Shown here: positions 20,991-32,074 of the stretch, in pieces
Numbering within the stretch: position 1 is the first letter of the stretch
Layout: the number at the start of each line of letters is the position of its first letter
Assembly: GCA_042094875.1 (NCBI GenBank)
Contig: JBELCI010000012.1
Span: forward strand, 30,104-94,103
Reading direction: 5' to 3'
From: OM43 beta proteobacterium
Lineage (GTDB): Bacteria > Pseudomonadota > Gammaproteobacteria > Burkholderiales > Methylophilaceae
DNA length: 64,000 nt
Program-made: the position numbers and the translations under genes
Notes under the pieces: generated by a model
What the model saw: only the letters and a program-made list of their open reading frames with translations
Told to the model about the DNA's origin: nothing
The model's database searches: none

Positions 20991-21776
20991 TTATGCCTTG
21001 AAAATATTCAGTGTATTTTCCGTATCAGGAAAGCTATAAATTTTATCATACTTGATATTTGTTAAATATAAACCATTTGGTGAAAAAGTAGCTGGAGCAA
21101 GGCTTCGATCTTTCTTTTTAATCAACGTCTCAATATAATCTAACTCTATTTCCCTTCTTCCAACATTGATTATTGTTGCAATAATATTTCGAATTTGATG
21201 ATGTAAAAATCCATCTCCACTTATTGTAAATAAATAGAAATTTTTAAATTGCTCGAAATTAAAACTCTTAATAGTTCTTACAGCTGATTTTGCTTGACAT
21301 TCAGAAGATCGAAAAGTACTAAAATCATGTTGTCCTATAAATTTTCTACATGCTAATTTTATAAGTTCGGCATCTAAATCATAAAATGTCCAACCACAAT
21401 TATTTACCCAAATAGAAGAATTAATAGGATTATTATTTAATAAATATTGATATTCTCTAGATAATGCAGAAAAACGTGCATGAAAATCACTAGAAACTTC
21501 TTTTACCCATTTAATTCTTATTGAATCTGGAAGGAAAGAATTTGTACCCTTGATAATAGATTTAATAGGTCTTATAACATCAGTATCAAAATGAAATATT
21601 TGGCCTAAGGCATGGACTCCGGCATCAGTTCTTCCAGCTCCCTGAATTTCAATCGAAGTTTGTGTAATATTCGAAATAGCTTTTTCTATCTCTTCTTGAA
21701 CACTTAATACTGAGGATTGACGCTGCCAACCAGAAAAATTCGTTCCCTCATACTCAACAGATGCGGCATATCTCAT
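20991..21776 (-). CDS. truA: tRNA pseudouridine(38-40) synthase
   Basis: 261 aa with catalytic GAGRTDAGVHA motif. Confidence 0.95.
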   Translation of the reverse strand: MRYAASVEYEGTNFSGWQRQSSVLSVQEEIEKAISNITQTSIEIQGAGRTDAGVHALGQIFHFDTDVIRPIKSIIKGTNSFLPDSIRIKWVKEVSSDFHARFSALSREYQYLLNNNPINSSIWVNNCGWTFYDLDAELIKLACRKFIGQHDFSTFRSSECQAKSAVRTIKSFNFEQFKNFYLFTISGDGFLHHQIRNIIATIINVGRREIELDYIETLIKKKDRSLAPATFSPNGLYLTNIKYDKIYSFPDTENTLNIFKA

Positions 21777-21779
21777 AAT

Positions 21780-22391
21780 TTATAGAAATTGAATAATGAT
21801 AAAAATGGCACAAAATCCTAAAGCCCACAAAAAATCATTTATAGAAAGTTTAACTTGCTCAAATTTTTTTTCTTTAATAATAGGGGTATTTGTATTTATT
21901 TGATTATTAATTACAGTTGCTATGTTAGAAAATTTAAATGAATAATTTTTATAAAAATCAAGATAATCAAAAGTCAAAAAAATTCTTGATGTTAAACGAT
22001 CAATACTCAAACCAAATATTTTAAGTGGATAGCAAATTTTTATAATAAATTCAATAAAAAAATTCTTGGGTATTATTTTCATTAAAAACATAACAGTAAG
22101 GAATGTATTAATTATTCGTAATGTATTATTAATAGCTAAATCTACTCCCTCCTTCGTAACAGAAATAAATGAATAATAAAATAATATTTCTCCGGGGGTA
22201 GAAAAAGAATAAATTGTAATTAAAGCCAAAATAAAATATTTAATTTTATTAATAAACTTGAAAAATGAAACTTTTAAAAATAAAGATAAGATTAAAAAAA
22301 AGCTAAAAATAATTATATTAATTATTATATCGACACCGGCTAAAATTATTAGTAATAATAATCCTAAAAAAAAAATTACTGAATGAATCAT
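21780..22391 (-). CDS. hypothetical polytopic membrane protein, possibly CbiQ/EcfT-like
   Basis: Very hydrophobic ORF. The segment VTKEGVDLAINNTLRIINTFLTVMFL...PLKIFGLSIDRLTSRIFLTFDYL resembles the CbiQ/EcfT core by eye. Start is uncertain (22391, 22442 or 22460). Confidence 0.55.
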   Translation of the reverse strand: MIHSVIFFLGLLLLIILAGVDIIINIIIFSFFLILSLFLKVSFFKFINKIKYFILALITIYSFSTPGEILFYYSFISVTKEGVDLAINNTLRIINTFLTVMFLMKIIPKNFFIEFIIKICYPLKIFGLSIDRLTSRIFLTFDYLDFYKNYSFKFSNIATVINNQINTNTPIIKEKKFEQVKLSINDFLWALGFCAIFIIIQFL

Positions 22392-22398
22392 AATAAAT

Positions 22399-23943
22399 TT
22401 AAAACTTTTTATCGTCCTCGTCAGTTTTTTGAGTACTATCATTTTGATTTTTGATGTCATTCACATCAGTTTTTGTAGATGGATCCATGAAATTATTTTG
22501 TTTTAACTTGTCTGAATTAGTGGGATTAACTTGAGGTTCTTGAGGCTCATTATTGACTTGAGTATTATCAATTTCTTTTTGATTAGATGAGCCCCCAAAA
22601 GTCGCTCTAGTCGAATCTTGATTGAAGCTTTTAATTTTTTGAGATCTTTCAAATGATTTTCTTCTTGTAATTACAACAAATAAACCAAAAAGTAGTAGAA
22701 AAAATAATATAAGCAATAAAATATGTATTGTTTCTATGCCTTTTCTTGCTTGAATATCAATTTCTTCCTCCACAATTTTATTTTCATCTATATCCGATAT
22801 TGATGAAATAAAAACACCATCATCAGCTTTATCTAATTTTTCTTTTGTATTTATTTTCTCTTTCTCTATTTGTTTTTTTTCGATATCCTTATTTTCTAAA
22901 TTTTCTTTTTTAGGAGCACTATCATCAACTTTTGCTGATAAGTCTGTCTCTAAAATTTCATCGATAGATTTTTCTTTTTCATTTTTTAAACTAGTGGCAT
23001 CGTCTAATTTTCTTTTAGTTTCAATTAATTCTTTTTCAAGCTCTTTAATTTTAGCTTTATCTTCATTAACAACTTTTTTTTCATTTTTAGGCTTAATTAA
23101 TTTTTGTGTTTTGTTCCTCCATTCTATATTTTGTTCTCGTAAAATTTTTCTTGCTTCTATGTGTGTATGATTGTCAAAATAATCTAATGACGGCAACATT
23201 AATCTTTTATTTTTTATTAAGGTATTAACATTATTTTGTGAAAATGCTTTTGGATTAATATTATAAATTCCTAATACCATTTGCTCTGTTGTTACTCCAG
23301 ATGGTTTATTTTCTCTAGCAATTTGATAAAGTGTTTTTCCACTAACTGACTTTACAGATTTTCTCTTAGCTTTTACAGACTCACTCTTTGGCTCTTCTAT
23401 AATTATTTCTTTTTTTGCGACTACTTCTTTTGGAGGCTCAATTTCTTTTTCTGGTAGGCTAACTTCTTCTTTTTTAGAAACAGTCTCATCTATTTTATCT
23501 GATTTTTTATCAGCTGCATCTTTAGAAACGACTTTATCTTTTTGTATTACTTTTGGTGATGGAGGATCTAGGAGAATAGTATATTCTCTATAAACTCTTC
23601 CCTTTTCTGAATCAATTTGAATCAATAAATCTAAAAAAGGATCCTTAACAATTTCTTTACTTGTCAGATAAATCTTTGCTCCCTGTTGGCTTTCTTCTAG
23701 AGTTATCTGTATATCTGAATGAATTGGAAGGCGCGATATACCATTAGCATCATAATTTTCTTTAGATGCAATAGCTGGTTTCAAATTTTGAGCTTTGTCA
23801 TTTTTTGAAAAAATAACATCAATTACAGCTGATAATGGTTCGTCTTGTTTAGAACTTACATTAATCTTCCCTAACTGTAAGGCAAATAAATTTTGTGAAA
23901 TAAAAATGAAATAAAATAAAAATATAGTTAATTTAAATTTCAT
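22399..23943 (-). CDS. FimV-like protein (N-terminal FimV domain + LysM + TM), short form
   Basis: Signal peptide, then LQLGKINVSSKQDEPLSAVIDV...YTILLDPP (FimV N-domain), a LysM-like segment (TLYQIARENKP...MLPS), a Lys/Glu-rich coiled region and one TM near residue 415. asd-fimV-truA synteny. Confidence 0.8.
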   Translation of the reverse strand: MKFKLTIFLFYFIFISQNLFALQLGKINVSSKQDEPLSAVIDVIFSKNDKAQNLKPAIASKENYDANGISRLPIHSDIQITLEESQQGAKIYLTSKEIVKDPFLDLLIQIDSEKGRVYREYTILLDPPSPKVIQKDKVVSKDAADKKSDKIDETVSKKEEVSLPEKEIEPPKEVVAKKEIIIEEPKSESVKAKRKSVKSVSGKTLYQIARENKPSGVTTEQMVLGIYNINPKAFSQNNVNTLIKNKRLMLPSLDYFDNHTHIEARKILREQNIEWRNKTQKLIKPKNEKKVVNEDKAKIKELEKELIETKRKLDDATSLKNEKEKSIDEILETDLSAKVDDSAPKKENLENKDIEKKQIEKEKINTKEKLDKADDGVFISSISDIDENKIVEEEIDIQARKGIETIHILLLILFFLLLFGLFVVITRRKSFERSQKIKSFNQDSTRATFGGSSNQKEIDNTQVNNEPQEPQVNPTNSDKLKQNNFMDPSTKTDVNDIKNQNDSTQKTDEDDKKF

Positions 23944-23944
23944 C

Positions 23945-25072
23945 TTAATTTTTTCCTTTTTTAATAAGTATCTTTAACATTCGTCTAATTGGCTCTGCCG
24001 CTCCCCATAAAAGCTGGTCTCCTACTGTAAAAATAGAAATACAGTTTTCATCAATATTTAATTTTCTTACTCGTCCAACTGCTATATCAAGCTTTCCAGA
24101 AATTGCTGCTGGACTTAATAAATCCATTGAAGAATTTTTTTTATTTGGAATTAATTTTACCCATTCATTTCCATTAGCAATTAATTCATTTATTTTCTCA
24201 ATTGCAATATTTTTTTTAAGCTTAATTGTTAGCGCCTGACTATGAGACCTCATTGTACCAATCCGTATGCATAGTCCGTCAACTTTAATCAAATCAAAAG
24301 TTTTTTCTAAAATTTTATTTGTTTCGGATTGGCTTTTTAATTCCTCACGACTTTGTCCATTGTTTAAATCCTCATCTATCCATGGAATTAGATTTCCCGC
24401 TAAAGGAACTTTAAAAAATTCTTTTTGAAATTTGTTCGAATTCATCATTTTAAGAGCTTTATCATCTATATCAAGAATATTTAAGTTTTTACTGTCAAGG
24501 TCTTCTAAAACTGAAGAGTGAATTTGGCCCATCTGGTTAAGTAGCTCCCTCATGTTATTTGCTCCAGCACCACTTGCAGCCTGATAAGTCATTGAAGAAA
24601 CCCATTCAACTAGATTCTCTTTTAGTAATCCATGGATAGCAAGCAACATTAAAGATACAGTACAATTTCCACCAATCCAATTCTTGAACCCTTTCTTATA
24701 TGCATTGTCGATTGATAAATAATTTAATGGATCAAGAACAATTACTGATTCTTTTTCCATTCTTAATGTAGATGCCGCATCGACCCAATGACCTTTCCAT
24801 CCAAACTCTCTTAATTTATAGAAAACTTTTTTTGTATAGTCCCCGCCTTGACAGGTTACAATAATATCCATTTTAGAAAGTTGTTTAATGTCATATGCGT
24901 CAATTAATACTTGGTTTATAAAATTTATATTCCATTCAGGATTTTTTTGTCCAACTTGGGATGTAGAAAAAAAATATGATTCAAAATCATCGAAATCTGA
25001 TTCTTCAATCATTCTTTTGATTAAAACAGAACCAACCATTCCTCTCCAACCAATAAAAGCTACTTTTTTCAT
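23945..25072 (-). CDS. asd: aspartate-semialdehyde dehydrogenase
   Basis: 375 aa with N-terminal GWRGMVGSV and active-site GGNCTVSLML. Confidence 0.96.
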   Translation of the reverse strand: MKKVAFIGWRGMVGSVLIKRMIEESDFDDFESYFFSTSQVGQKNPEWNINFINQVLIDAYDIKQLSKMDIIVTCQGGDYTKKVFYKLREFGWKGHWVDAASTLRMEKESVIVLDPLNYLSIDNAYKKGFKNWIGGNCTVSLMLLAIHGLLKENLVEWVSSMTYQAASGAGANNMRELLNQMGQIHSSVLEDLDSKNLNILDIDDKALKMMNSNKFQKEFFKVPLAGNLIPWIDEDLNNGQSREELKSQSETNKILEKTFDLIKVDGLCIRIGTMRSHSQALTIKLKKNIAIEKINELIANGNEWVKLIPNKKNSSMDLLSPAAISGKLDIAVGRVRKLNIDENCISIFTVGDQLLWGAAEPIRRMLKILIKKGKN

Positions 25073-25073
25073 T

Positions 25074-26135
25074 TTAAATTTCTAACCTTTCTATAACTTT
25101 ATCTCCCATCTCCTCGCAACCTACTAAATGTAAACCATCTGAAAAAATATCTTCAGTTCGATATCCTTCCCTTAGTACTTTTCTAACTGCATTTTCAATT
25201 AAATTAAATTTATTTAAATCATTAAAAGTATACTTAAACATCATAGCCAAAGATAAAATAGTAGCTAATGGATTAGCTTTATCAAGTCCTGCAATGTCAG
25301 GAGCAGAACCATGAATAGGTTCATACATACCTTTATTATTTTCATCTAATGAAGCAGAGGGTAGCATACCAATTGAACCTGTAAGCATTGATGCTTGATC
25401 AGATAGTATATCTCCAAAGATATTTCCTGTAGCAATAACATCGAATTGTTTAGGATTTTTAACTAATTGCATAGAAGCATTATCAACATACATGTGAGAT
25501 AACTCTACTTCAGGATATTGTTTTCCAATCTGAATCATAATATCTCTCCATAATTCAGTAGCTTCTAAAACATTTGCCTTATCTACAGAACATAATTTTT
25601 TTGATCTTTTTAAAGCAGTTTTGAATGCAACATGAGCAATTCTTTTAATTTCGGATTCGGAGTACCGCATTGTATTTAGACCTTCACGTTCATTATTCTT
25701 ATTTGTCTCTATTCCTCTTGGCTCTCCAAAATAAATATCTCCTGTTAACTCTCTTATGATCATTATATCTAGGTCTTTTATAACTTCAGGCTTTAAACTT
25801 GAACTATGAATTAACTCAGGAAACATAATTGCAGGCCTTAAATTAGCAAACAAGTTTAAAGATTGGCGTATTCTTAGCAAACCTCTTTCAGGTCTTTTAT
25901 CTCTTGGTAATTGATCATATTTGGGATCTCCAACAGATCCCATAAGAATTGCGTCTGAAGCTTGAGCTAAATCGAGAGTCGATTTAGGAAGAGGATCTTT
26001 AAATTTATTATAACCATCTCCACCAATATGACCATATTCTATATTTTTTTCTAAGCCTAATGCTTTAATAACTTTTACTGCTTGTTTAATTATTTCTGGC
26101 CCTATTCCATCTCCTGGAAGAACTGCTATTTTCAT
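25074..26135 (-). CDS. leuB: 3-isopropylmalate dehydrogenase
   Basis: 353 aa with [13 protein letters not shown] and NLFGDILSD-like ([10 protein letters not shown]) motifs. Confidence 0.97.
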   Translation of the reverse strand: MKIAVLPGDGIGPEIIKQAVKVIKALGLEKNIEYGHIGGDGYNKFKDPLPKSTLDLAQASDAILMGSVGDPKYDQLPRDKRPERGLLRIRQSLNLFANLRPAIMFPELIHSSSLKPEVIKDLDIMIIRELTGDIYFGEPRGIETNKNNEREGLNTMRYSESEIKRIAHVAFKTALKRSKKLCSVDKANVLEATELWRDIMIQIGKQYPEVELSHMYVDNASMQLVKNPKQFDVIATGNIFGDILSDQASMLTGSIGMLPSASLDENNKGMYEPIHGSAPDIAGLDKANPLATILSLAMMFKYTFNDLNKFNLIENAVRKVLREGYRTEDIFSDGLHLVGCEEMGDKVIERLEI

Positions 26136-26136
26136 T

Positions 26137-26781
26137 TTAACTTTCCTTATCGCTTAACCAAGGAAAATTTTCCTCGTATTTTTTTTCAAATTTTTCAATG
26201 TCACTAATATTTTTTAATGTCAAACCAATGTCATCCAAACCCTCTATTAAGCATGATTTTTTAAAGCTATCAATCTCAAATGATGATATTTCTGAATCAT
26301 CATAGATTTTTTGTTCTTCTAAATTAATTAATAATTCATAACCGACTTTATTTTCTACATTAACAAAAATTTTATCTACGATATTTTTACTTAATATAAT
26401 TGGAAGAATGCCATTTTTAAAACAATTACTGTAAAATATATCAGCAAAGCTTGATGCTATAATAATTTTAATTCCAAAATCTAATAATGCCCAAGGGGCA
26501 TGCTCCCTGCTTGACCCACAACCAAAATTCTCTCTAGCAATCAAAATTGACCCATTTTTATATCTAGGTAAATTTAAAACAAAATTAGGATTAATTTTTC
26601 TTTTTATATTATCTTGATTAGGTTCACCATGATCTAGATATCTCCATTCGTCAAATAAATTTGGGCCAAAACCTGTTTTTTTTATAGACTTTAAAAATTG
26701 TTTAGGAATTATTGCATCAGTATCAACATTTGCCCTATCTAATGGAATCACAATTCCTTTATGTATTTTAAAAGGCTTCAT
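26137..26781 (-). CDS. leuD: 3-isopropylmalate dehydratase small subunit
   Basis: 214 aa with GCGSSREHA motif, adjacent to leuC. Confidence 0.96.
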   Translation of the reverse strand: MKPFKIHKGIVIPLDRANVDTDAIIPKQFLKSIKKTGFGPNLFDEWRYLDHGEPNQDNIKRKINPNFVLNLPRYKNGSILIARENFGCGSSREHAPWALLDFGIKIIIASSFADIFYSNCFKNGILPIILSKNIVDKIFVNVENKVGYELLINLEEQKIYDDSEISSFEIDSFKKSCLIEGLDDIGLTLKNISDIEKFEKKYEENFPWLSDKES

Positions 26782-28181
26782 TAAGCAAGATCTCTAATAT
26801 CAACAAATTTACCATAAATAGCAGCTGCAGCTGCCATTTGGGGACTAACCAAATGCGTTCTTCCACCCTGGCCTTGTCTTCCTTCAAAGTTTCTATTAGA
26901 AGTAGATGCACATCTTTCACCAGGACCTAATTTATCTGCATTCATTGCTAAACACATTGAACAACCAGGCTCTCGCCATTCAAAACCTGCGCCTATAAAA
27001 ACTTTATCTAAACCTTCAGATTCTGCCTGCAACTTTACTAAACCAGAACCAGGAACAACTAAGGCTAATTTAATATTTTTTGCAATCTTTTTGGTTCCTA
27101 TGATATTTGCTGCAGCTCTTAGATCTTCAATTCTTGAATTTGTACAAGAACCAATAAAAACTTTATCAATATTAATTGTGCTTATTGGTGTTTCAGGTTC
27201 TAAATCCATATATTTCAAAGCTGCTTTGTAACTTGAGCTCAGTGTCTTATCTTTGAAGTTTATTGGATTGGGAATTTTGCTAGTTATACTTACGACCATT
27301 TCAGGTGAAGTGCCCCATGTAACTTGAGGCTCAATTAAGCTACCATCAATTTCAACTTCAGAATCAAATTTTACATCCTTATCACTAACTAAATTTACCC
27401 AGTCTTTTTTTGCTTCTTCCCATAATTTACCTTTTGGAGCAAAAGGTTTACCCTTAATATATTGAATAGTTTTGTCATCAACCCCTATTAAGCCTACTCT
27501 TGAACCTGCTTCTATAGCCATATTACATAATGTCATTCTACCTTCCATAGACAAAGATTTTATTGAGGTTCCTGCAAACTCAATAGCATGGCCTGTTCCT
27601 CCTGCGGTACCAATTTTACCTATTATTGTTAAAGCAATATCTTTTGCAGTTACGCCACTCTGAAGCTTTCCGTTCACATTTACTCTCATAGTTTTAAATT
27701 TATTTACAATTAAACATTGAGTGGCTAGAACATGCTCCACTTCTGAAGTGCCAATACCCATAGCTATTGCTCCAAATGCTCCATGCGTACTTGTATGAGA
27801 GTCTCCACAAACTATTGTCATACCTGGTAAAGTAGAACCTTGCTCTGGCCCAATCACATGAACGATACCTTGACGACTATCATTCATCTTAAATTGAAGT
27901 AAATCGAATTCTTCACAATTTTTATCAAGAGTTTCAACTTGAATCTTTGAAATAGGATCTTTAATTTCGCTAGACCGATCAGTAGTTGGAACATTGTGAT
28001 CTGGCACTGCAATGATAGATTTTTTTTTCCAAATATCTCTTTTAGCAATTCGGAGACCTTCAAAAGCTTGAGGGCTCGTTACCTCATGTACTAAATGCCT
28101 ATCTATATAAAGTAAATACGTACCTTTATCTTTTCTAACAGCATGTCGATTAAAAATTTTTTCATATAAAGAGATACCCAT
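26781..28181 (-). CDS. leuC: 3-isopropylmalate dehydratase large subunit
   Basis: Aconitase-family Cys ligands ([15 protein letters not shown]). Start set at 28181 ([10 protein letters not shown]..., compare E. coli MAKTLYEKLF), which removes the overlap with yajQ. Confidence 0.96.
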   Translation of the reverse strand: MGISLYEKIFNRHAVRKDKGTYLLYIDRHLVHEVTSPQAFEGLRIAKRDIWKKKSIIAVPDHNVPTTDRSSEIKDPISKIQVETLDKNCEEFDLLQFKMNDSRQGIVHVIGPEQGSTLPGMTIVCGDSHTSTHGAFGAIAMGIGTSEVEHVLATQCLIVNKFKTMRVNVNGKLQSGVTAKDIALTIIGKIGTAGGTGHAIEFAGTSIKSLSMEGRMTLCNMAIEAGSRVGLIGVDDKTIQYIKGKPFAPKGKLWEEAKKDWVNLVSDKDVKFDSEVEIDGSLIEPQVTWGTSPEMVVSITSKIPNPINFKDKTLSSSYKAALKYMDLEPETPISTINIDKVFIGSCTNSRIEDLRAAANIIGTKKIAKNIKLALVVPGSGLVKLQAESEGLDKVFIGAGFEWREPGCSMCLAMNADKLGPGERCASTSNRNFEGRQGQGGRTHLVSPQMAAAAAIYGKFVDIRDLA

Positions 28182-28185
28182 ACAG

Positions 28186-28680
28186 TCAATCCCTAAAATT
28201 ACCAAAATTTAATGGAAAATCCTGATGCTTTAATTTTACTAAAGCAATACATTCTTGAAGTACATCCCTTTTTGAACCAGAAACTCTAATTTCACTTCCT
28301 TGAATACTTACTTGAGTTTTAATTTTAGAATTTTTTATTGTCTGAACTATTTTCTTTGCTAAATCTCCATCAATCCCACTCTTGATATTTAATACTTGCT
28401 TAGATTTATTCCCAGAAATTATCTCAATATTATTTGATACTATCCTTTTTGAGCTATCAGGTTCTTTCTTTTCCATCGATGGGAATAAAATATCTTTGAT
28501 TTGATTTATTTGAAACTCAGCGTCACCATATAAAGTGATACTCATTTCTTTTTCTTCGAATTCAACTGCAGCCGAAGTTCCCTTAAAATCATATCGATTA
28601 TTAATCATTTTCATTGACACATCAATTGCATTTTTTATGTTTACAATATTAGCTTCTGATGTAATATCAAATGAAGGCAT
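28186..28680 (-). CDS. yajQ: YajQ family cyclic-nucleotide/nucleotide-binding protein (UPF0234)
   Basis: 164 aa; the MPSFDITSE...NRYDFKG N-terminus is characteristic of YajQ. Confidence 0.88.
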   Translation of the reverse strand: MPSFDITSEANIVNIKNAIDVSMKMINNRYDFKGTSAAVEFEEKEMSITLYGDAEFQINQIKDILFPSMEKKEPDSSKRIVSNNIEIISGNKSKQVLNIKSGIDGDLAKKIVQTIKNSKIKTQVSIQGSEIRVSGSKRDVLQECIALVKLKHQDFPLNFGNFRD

Positions 28681-28697
28681 ATTTTATTTCTCCTTAT

Positions 28698-29915
28698 CTA
28701 CTTCTTAATTTGTTTAGCAGCTATCCTCATTCTTAATGCATTAATTTTAATAAATCCCTCTGCATCCTTTTGGTCAAAAGCTCCTTTGTCATCCTCAAAA
28801 GTTGCTATATTTGAATCAAATAATGAATTATTACTATCTCTAGCTAATATAGTAACGTTTCCTTTGTATAATTTTATTTTCACCCATCCATTAACATTAT
28901 TTTGTGTATTATCAATTAAAGCTTGAAGCGCTAACCTTTCCGGTGACCACCAATAGCCGTTATAAATTAGTGATGCATATTTAGGCATCAACTCATCTTT
29001 TAGATGTGCCTCTTCTCTGTCTAAAGTTAGAGATTCAATTGCTCTATGGGCTTTAAGAAGAATAGTTCCGCCAGGAGCTTCATAACAACCTCTTGATTTC
29101 ATTCCTATATATCTATTCTCTACTAAATCTGATCTCCCTACGCCATGTTTTCCCCCAATTTGGTTAAGCTGATTTAAAATTTCATGTGACTTTAAATTTT
29201 TTCCATTCAAGCCTATAGGATCGCCTTTTTGAAATTCAATAATTATTTCTTCTGAATTATTTGGTGCTTCTTCCGGGCTAGAGGTCCATCTCCACATTTT
29301 TTCTTCTGGAGCAATAGATGGATCTTCTAAATTCTTTCCCTCATATGAGATATGAAGGAGATTTGCATCCATACTATATGGACTACTTCCATCTTTATGC
29401 TTCATTTCAACCGGTATATTATTTTTCTCTGCAAATTCAATCAATTTGTCCCTACTAAGTAAGTCCCAATTTCTCCAAGGTGAAATAATTTCTATATCTG
29501 GATTTAATGCGTAAGCACCTAATTCAAATCTAACTTGATCGTTTCCCTTTCCAGTAGATCCATGTGCAATAGCGTTACTGTTAGTTTCTTTAGCAATTTC
29601 AATTAATCTTTTTGAAATCAGCGGTCTTGCTATTGAAGTACCCAGTAAATATTCACCCTCATAAACTGTATTAGCTCTAAACATCGGGAAGACAAAATCT
29701 CTCACAAATTCTTCTCTTAAATCTTCGATAAAGATTTCATTAACTCCTGCAGATTTTGCTTTCTCTCTTGCTAATTCAATTTCTTCGCCTTGGCCTAAGT
29801 CGGCTGTAAAAGTAACTACCTCACATTTATATTCTTGTTGAAGCCACTTTAAAATTACCGATGTGTCTAATCCACCAGAATATGCAAGTACAATTTTTTT
29901 TATAGCTTTTGTCAT
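28698..29915 (-). CDS. argG: argininosuccinate synthase
   Basis: 405 aa with [10 protein letters not shown]-loop and [15 protein letters not shown]. Confidence 0.97.
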   Translation of the reverse strand: MTKAIKKIVLAYSGGLDTSVILKWLQQEYKCEVVTFTADLGQGEEIELAREKAKSAGVNEIFIEDLREEFVRDFVFPMFRANTVYEGEYLLGTSIARPLISKRLIEIAKETNSNAIAHGSTGKGNDQVRFELGAYALNPDIEIISPWRNWDLLSRDKLIEFAEKNNIPVEMKHKDGSSPYSMDANLLHISYEGKNLEDPSIAPEEKMWRWTSSPEEAPNNSEEIIIEFQKGDPIGLNGKNLKSHEILNQLNQIGGKHGVGRSDLVENRYIGMKSRGCYEAPGGTILLKAHRAIESLTLDREEAHLKDELMPKYASLIYNGYWWSPERLALQALIDNTQNNVNGWVKIKLYKGNVTILARDSNNSLFDSNIATFEDDKGAFDQKDAEGFIKINALRMRIAAKQIKK

Positions 29916-30832
29916 TTAATTTTTCCTAATATCAAATACTCCAAAAGTGCTTTTTGAACATGTAATCTATTTTCTGCTTCTTCCCATACAACACTTTGTG
30001 AACCATCAATTACATCTGCTGTAACTTCTTCTCCTCTATGTGCGGGCAAACAATGCATGAATAAAGCATCTTTTTTTGCTTGCTGCATCATCTCAATATC
30101 AACTTGCCAGTCAGTAAAGTCCTTTATTCTTTCATTTTTTTCTGATTCAAAACCCATACTAGTCCATACATCTGTTGTTACAATGTCAGCATTTTTCACA
30201 GCATCCATTGGATCTTCAAATTCTTCAAAATGCTTATCATTATATAAACCGGCTCTTTTAATCTCAACCTCGTATCCTTTTGGTGTTGATATATGAACAT
30301 TAAAATCTAGTAATTCTGCAGCTTGAAGCCAAGTATTACAAACGTTATTAGAATCTCCAATCCAAGCAACGGTTTTGCCTTTAATTGAACCTCTATTTTC
30401 AATAAAAGTATAAATATCAGCAAGAATTTGACATGGATGGTATTCATTTGTAAGACCATTTATCACTGGAACCCTTGAATTTTTTGCAAACCTATTAATA
30501 ATATCTTGTTCAAAAGTTCTTATAACTACTGCGTCACACATTCTTGATATAACCTGAGCAGCATCTTCAACTGGCTCACCTCTCCCTAATTGAGAATCTC
30601 TGGTGTTTAAATATATACTAGCTCCTCCCATTTGATGCATGCCTGCCTCAAAAGATAATCTAGTTCTAGTGCTAGCTTTTTCAAAAATCATTACAAGTGT
30701 TCTATCTTCTAATGGCCAATATTTTTTATAGGATTTATATTGATCCTTTATCCATTTCGTCCTATTAAATAAAAGCTCAATTTCTTCTTTTTCAAAATCA
30801 TTAAATTGTAAAAAATGTTTTATTTTATTCAT
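29912..30832 (-). CDS. argF: ornithine carbamoyltransferase
   Basis: 306 aa with [13 protein letters not shown] and [10 protein letters not shown] motifs. Confidence 0.96.
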   Translation of the reverse strand: MNKIKHFLQFNDFEKEEIELLFNRTKWIKDQYKSYKKYWPLEDRTLVMIFEKASTRTRLSFEAGMHQMGGASIYLNTRDSQLGRGEPVEDAAQVISRMCDAVVIRTFEQDIINRFAKNSRVPVINGLTNEYHPCQILADIYTFIENRGSIKGKTVAWIGDSNNVCNTWLQAAELLDFNVHISTPKGYEVEIKRAGLYNDKHFEEFEDPMDAVKNADIVTTDVWTSMGFESEKNERIKDFTDWQVDIEMMQQAKKDALFMHCLPAHRGEEVTADVIDGSQSVVWEEAENRLHVQKALLEYLILGKIK

Positions 30833-32022
30833 AAGTTATCTAAAAAAGTCTCAATTACATCAATTAATCTGTCAGATAGAGTTCTAGATTCTTCATCATT
30901 AATAATTAATGGTGGAAGAAGCCTAATTACATTTTCTGAAGTTACATTAATTAAAAGTTTTTTTTCAAGAGCAATATTCACAACCTCATTACATGGCACA
31001 CTTAATTGGATTCCAATCATGAGTCCCAATGATCTAATTGAAATGATACTCTTATTATTTTTAAATTTTTTCTTAATAATGTTAGTTATTAGTAGCCCTT
31101 GCTTTAAGGCATTTCTAATTAAATAATTTTTTTCTATAGTATCTATTGTTACAATCCCTGCAGAACAAGCTAAGGGATTTCCTCCAAATGTTGAGCCATG
31201 CTTTCCAGGCTTCATGAGTTCAGTTGAAGTTTGATTGGCAATACATGCCCCAATTGGAACACCAGATCCAAGTCCTTTTGCTAAAGTTATAATGTCTGGC
31301 TTAACTGAGGAATGTTGGTGTGCAAACCATTTACCAGTTCTACCTATTCCACATTGAACTTCATCAAAAATTAATAACCATTTATTTTGGTCACAAATTT
31401 GTCTCAATTGCTTTAAATATTTTTTTAAATTTTTTGGAATATTTATTCCACCTTCACCCTGAATTGGCTCTACAAAAATTGCACAGACCTTGTTCTTTTT
31501 ACTTACAATTTTTTTTATAGCATCTATGTCATCAAAAGGGACTCTTATAAATCCTGACATCAGCGGCTCAAAACCTGCTTGGTAATTTCTTCCCCCTGAT
31601 GCTGACAAAGTGCCCATGGTTCTTCCGTGGAAGCCACCCTCCATTACAATAATATTTGGAATATCGATATTTAATTTATGTCCATGAAGTCTTGCTAATT
31701 TAATTGCTGCTTCATTTGCCTCACAACCAGAATTACAAAAAAACACTGAGGATAATTTTGAAAGCTTTACTAATTTTTCTGCAAGAAGAGATTGTTCCTC
31801 GATATAATAATAATTAGAAATATGAATTAGTTTTGAGGCTTGTTTTGATATACTTTTAATTAAGTCAGGATGATTATGTCCTAATGTATTAACAGCAATA
31901 CCAGATAAAGCATCTAAGTATTTATTTTTATTTTTATCAAACACCCACACGCCTTTCCCTTTTTCAAAGGAAATAGGAAGCCTATTATAACTAGGCATTA
32001 ATTTCTTATTCGTTAATTTCAT
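30829..32022 (-). CDS. argD: acetylornithine aminotransferase
   Basis: 397 aa class-III aminotransferase (DEVQCGIGRTGK, TLAKGLGSG PLP lysine) in argD-argF-argG order. The ATG at 31998 (MPSYNRLP...) is an alternative start. Confidence 0.93.
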   Translation of the reverse strand: MKLTNKKLMPSYNRLPISFEKGKGVWVFDKNKNKYLDALSGIAVNTLGHNHPDLIKSISKQASKLIHISNYYYIEEQSLLAEKLVKLSKLSSVFFCNSGCEANEAAIKLARLHGHKLNIDIPNIIVMEGGFHGRTMGTLSASGGRNYQAGFEPLMSGFIRVPFDDIDAIKKIVSKKNKVCAIFVEPIQGEGGINIPKNLKKYLKQLRQICDQNKWLLIFDEVQCGIGRTGKWFAHQHSSVKPDIITLAKGLGSGVPIGACIANQTSTELMKPGKHGSTFGGNPLACSAGIVTIDTIEKNYLIRNALKQGLLITNIIKKKFKNNKSIISIRSLGLMIGIQLSVPCNEVVNIALEKKLLINVTSENVIRLLPPLIINDEESRTLSDRLIDVIETFLDNL

Positions 32023-32030
32023 AGTACAAA

Positions 32031-32058
32031 CAAAAAAGGCGACTTAAAGTCGCCTTTG
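32031..32058 (-). terminator. strong intrinsic terminator hairpin
   Basis: Minus strand GGCGACU-UUA-AGUCGCC (extendable to 10 bp with A:U pairs) followed by a U6 run. Lies 17 nt after the stop of the 32075-32686 gene and 13 nt before the argD ATG. Confidence 0.8.
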
Positions 32059-32074
32059 CATCCTTTAAGATTTA

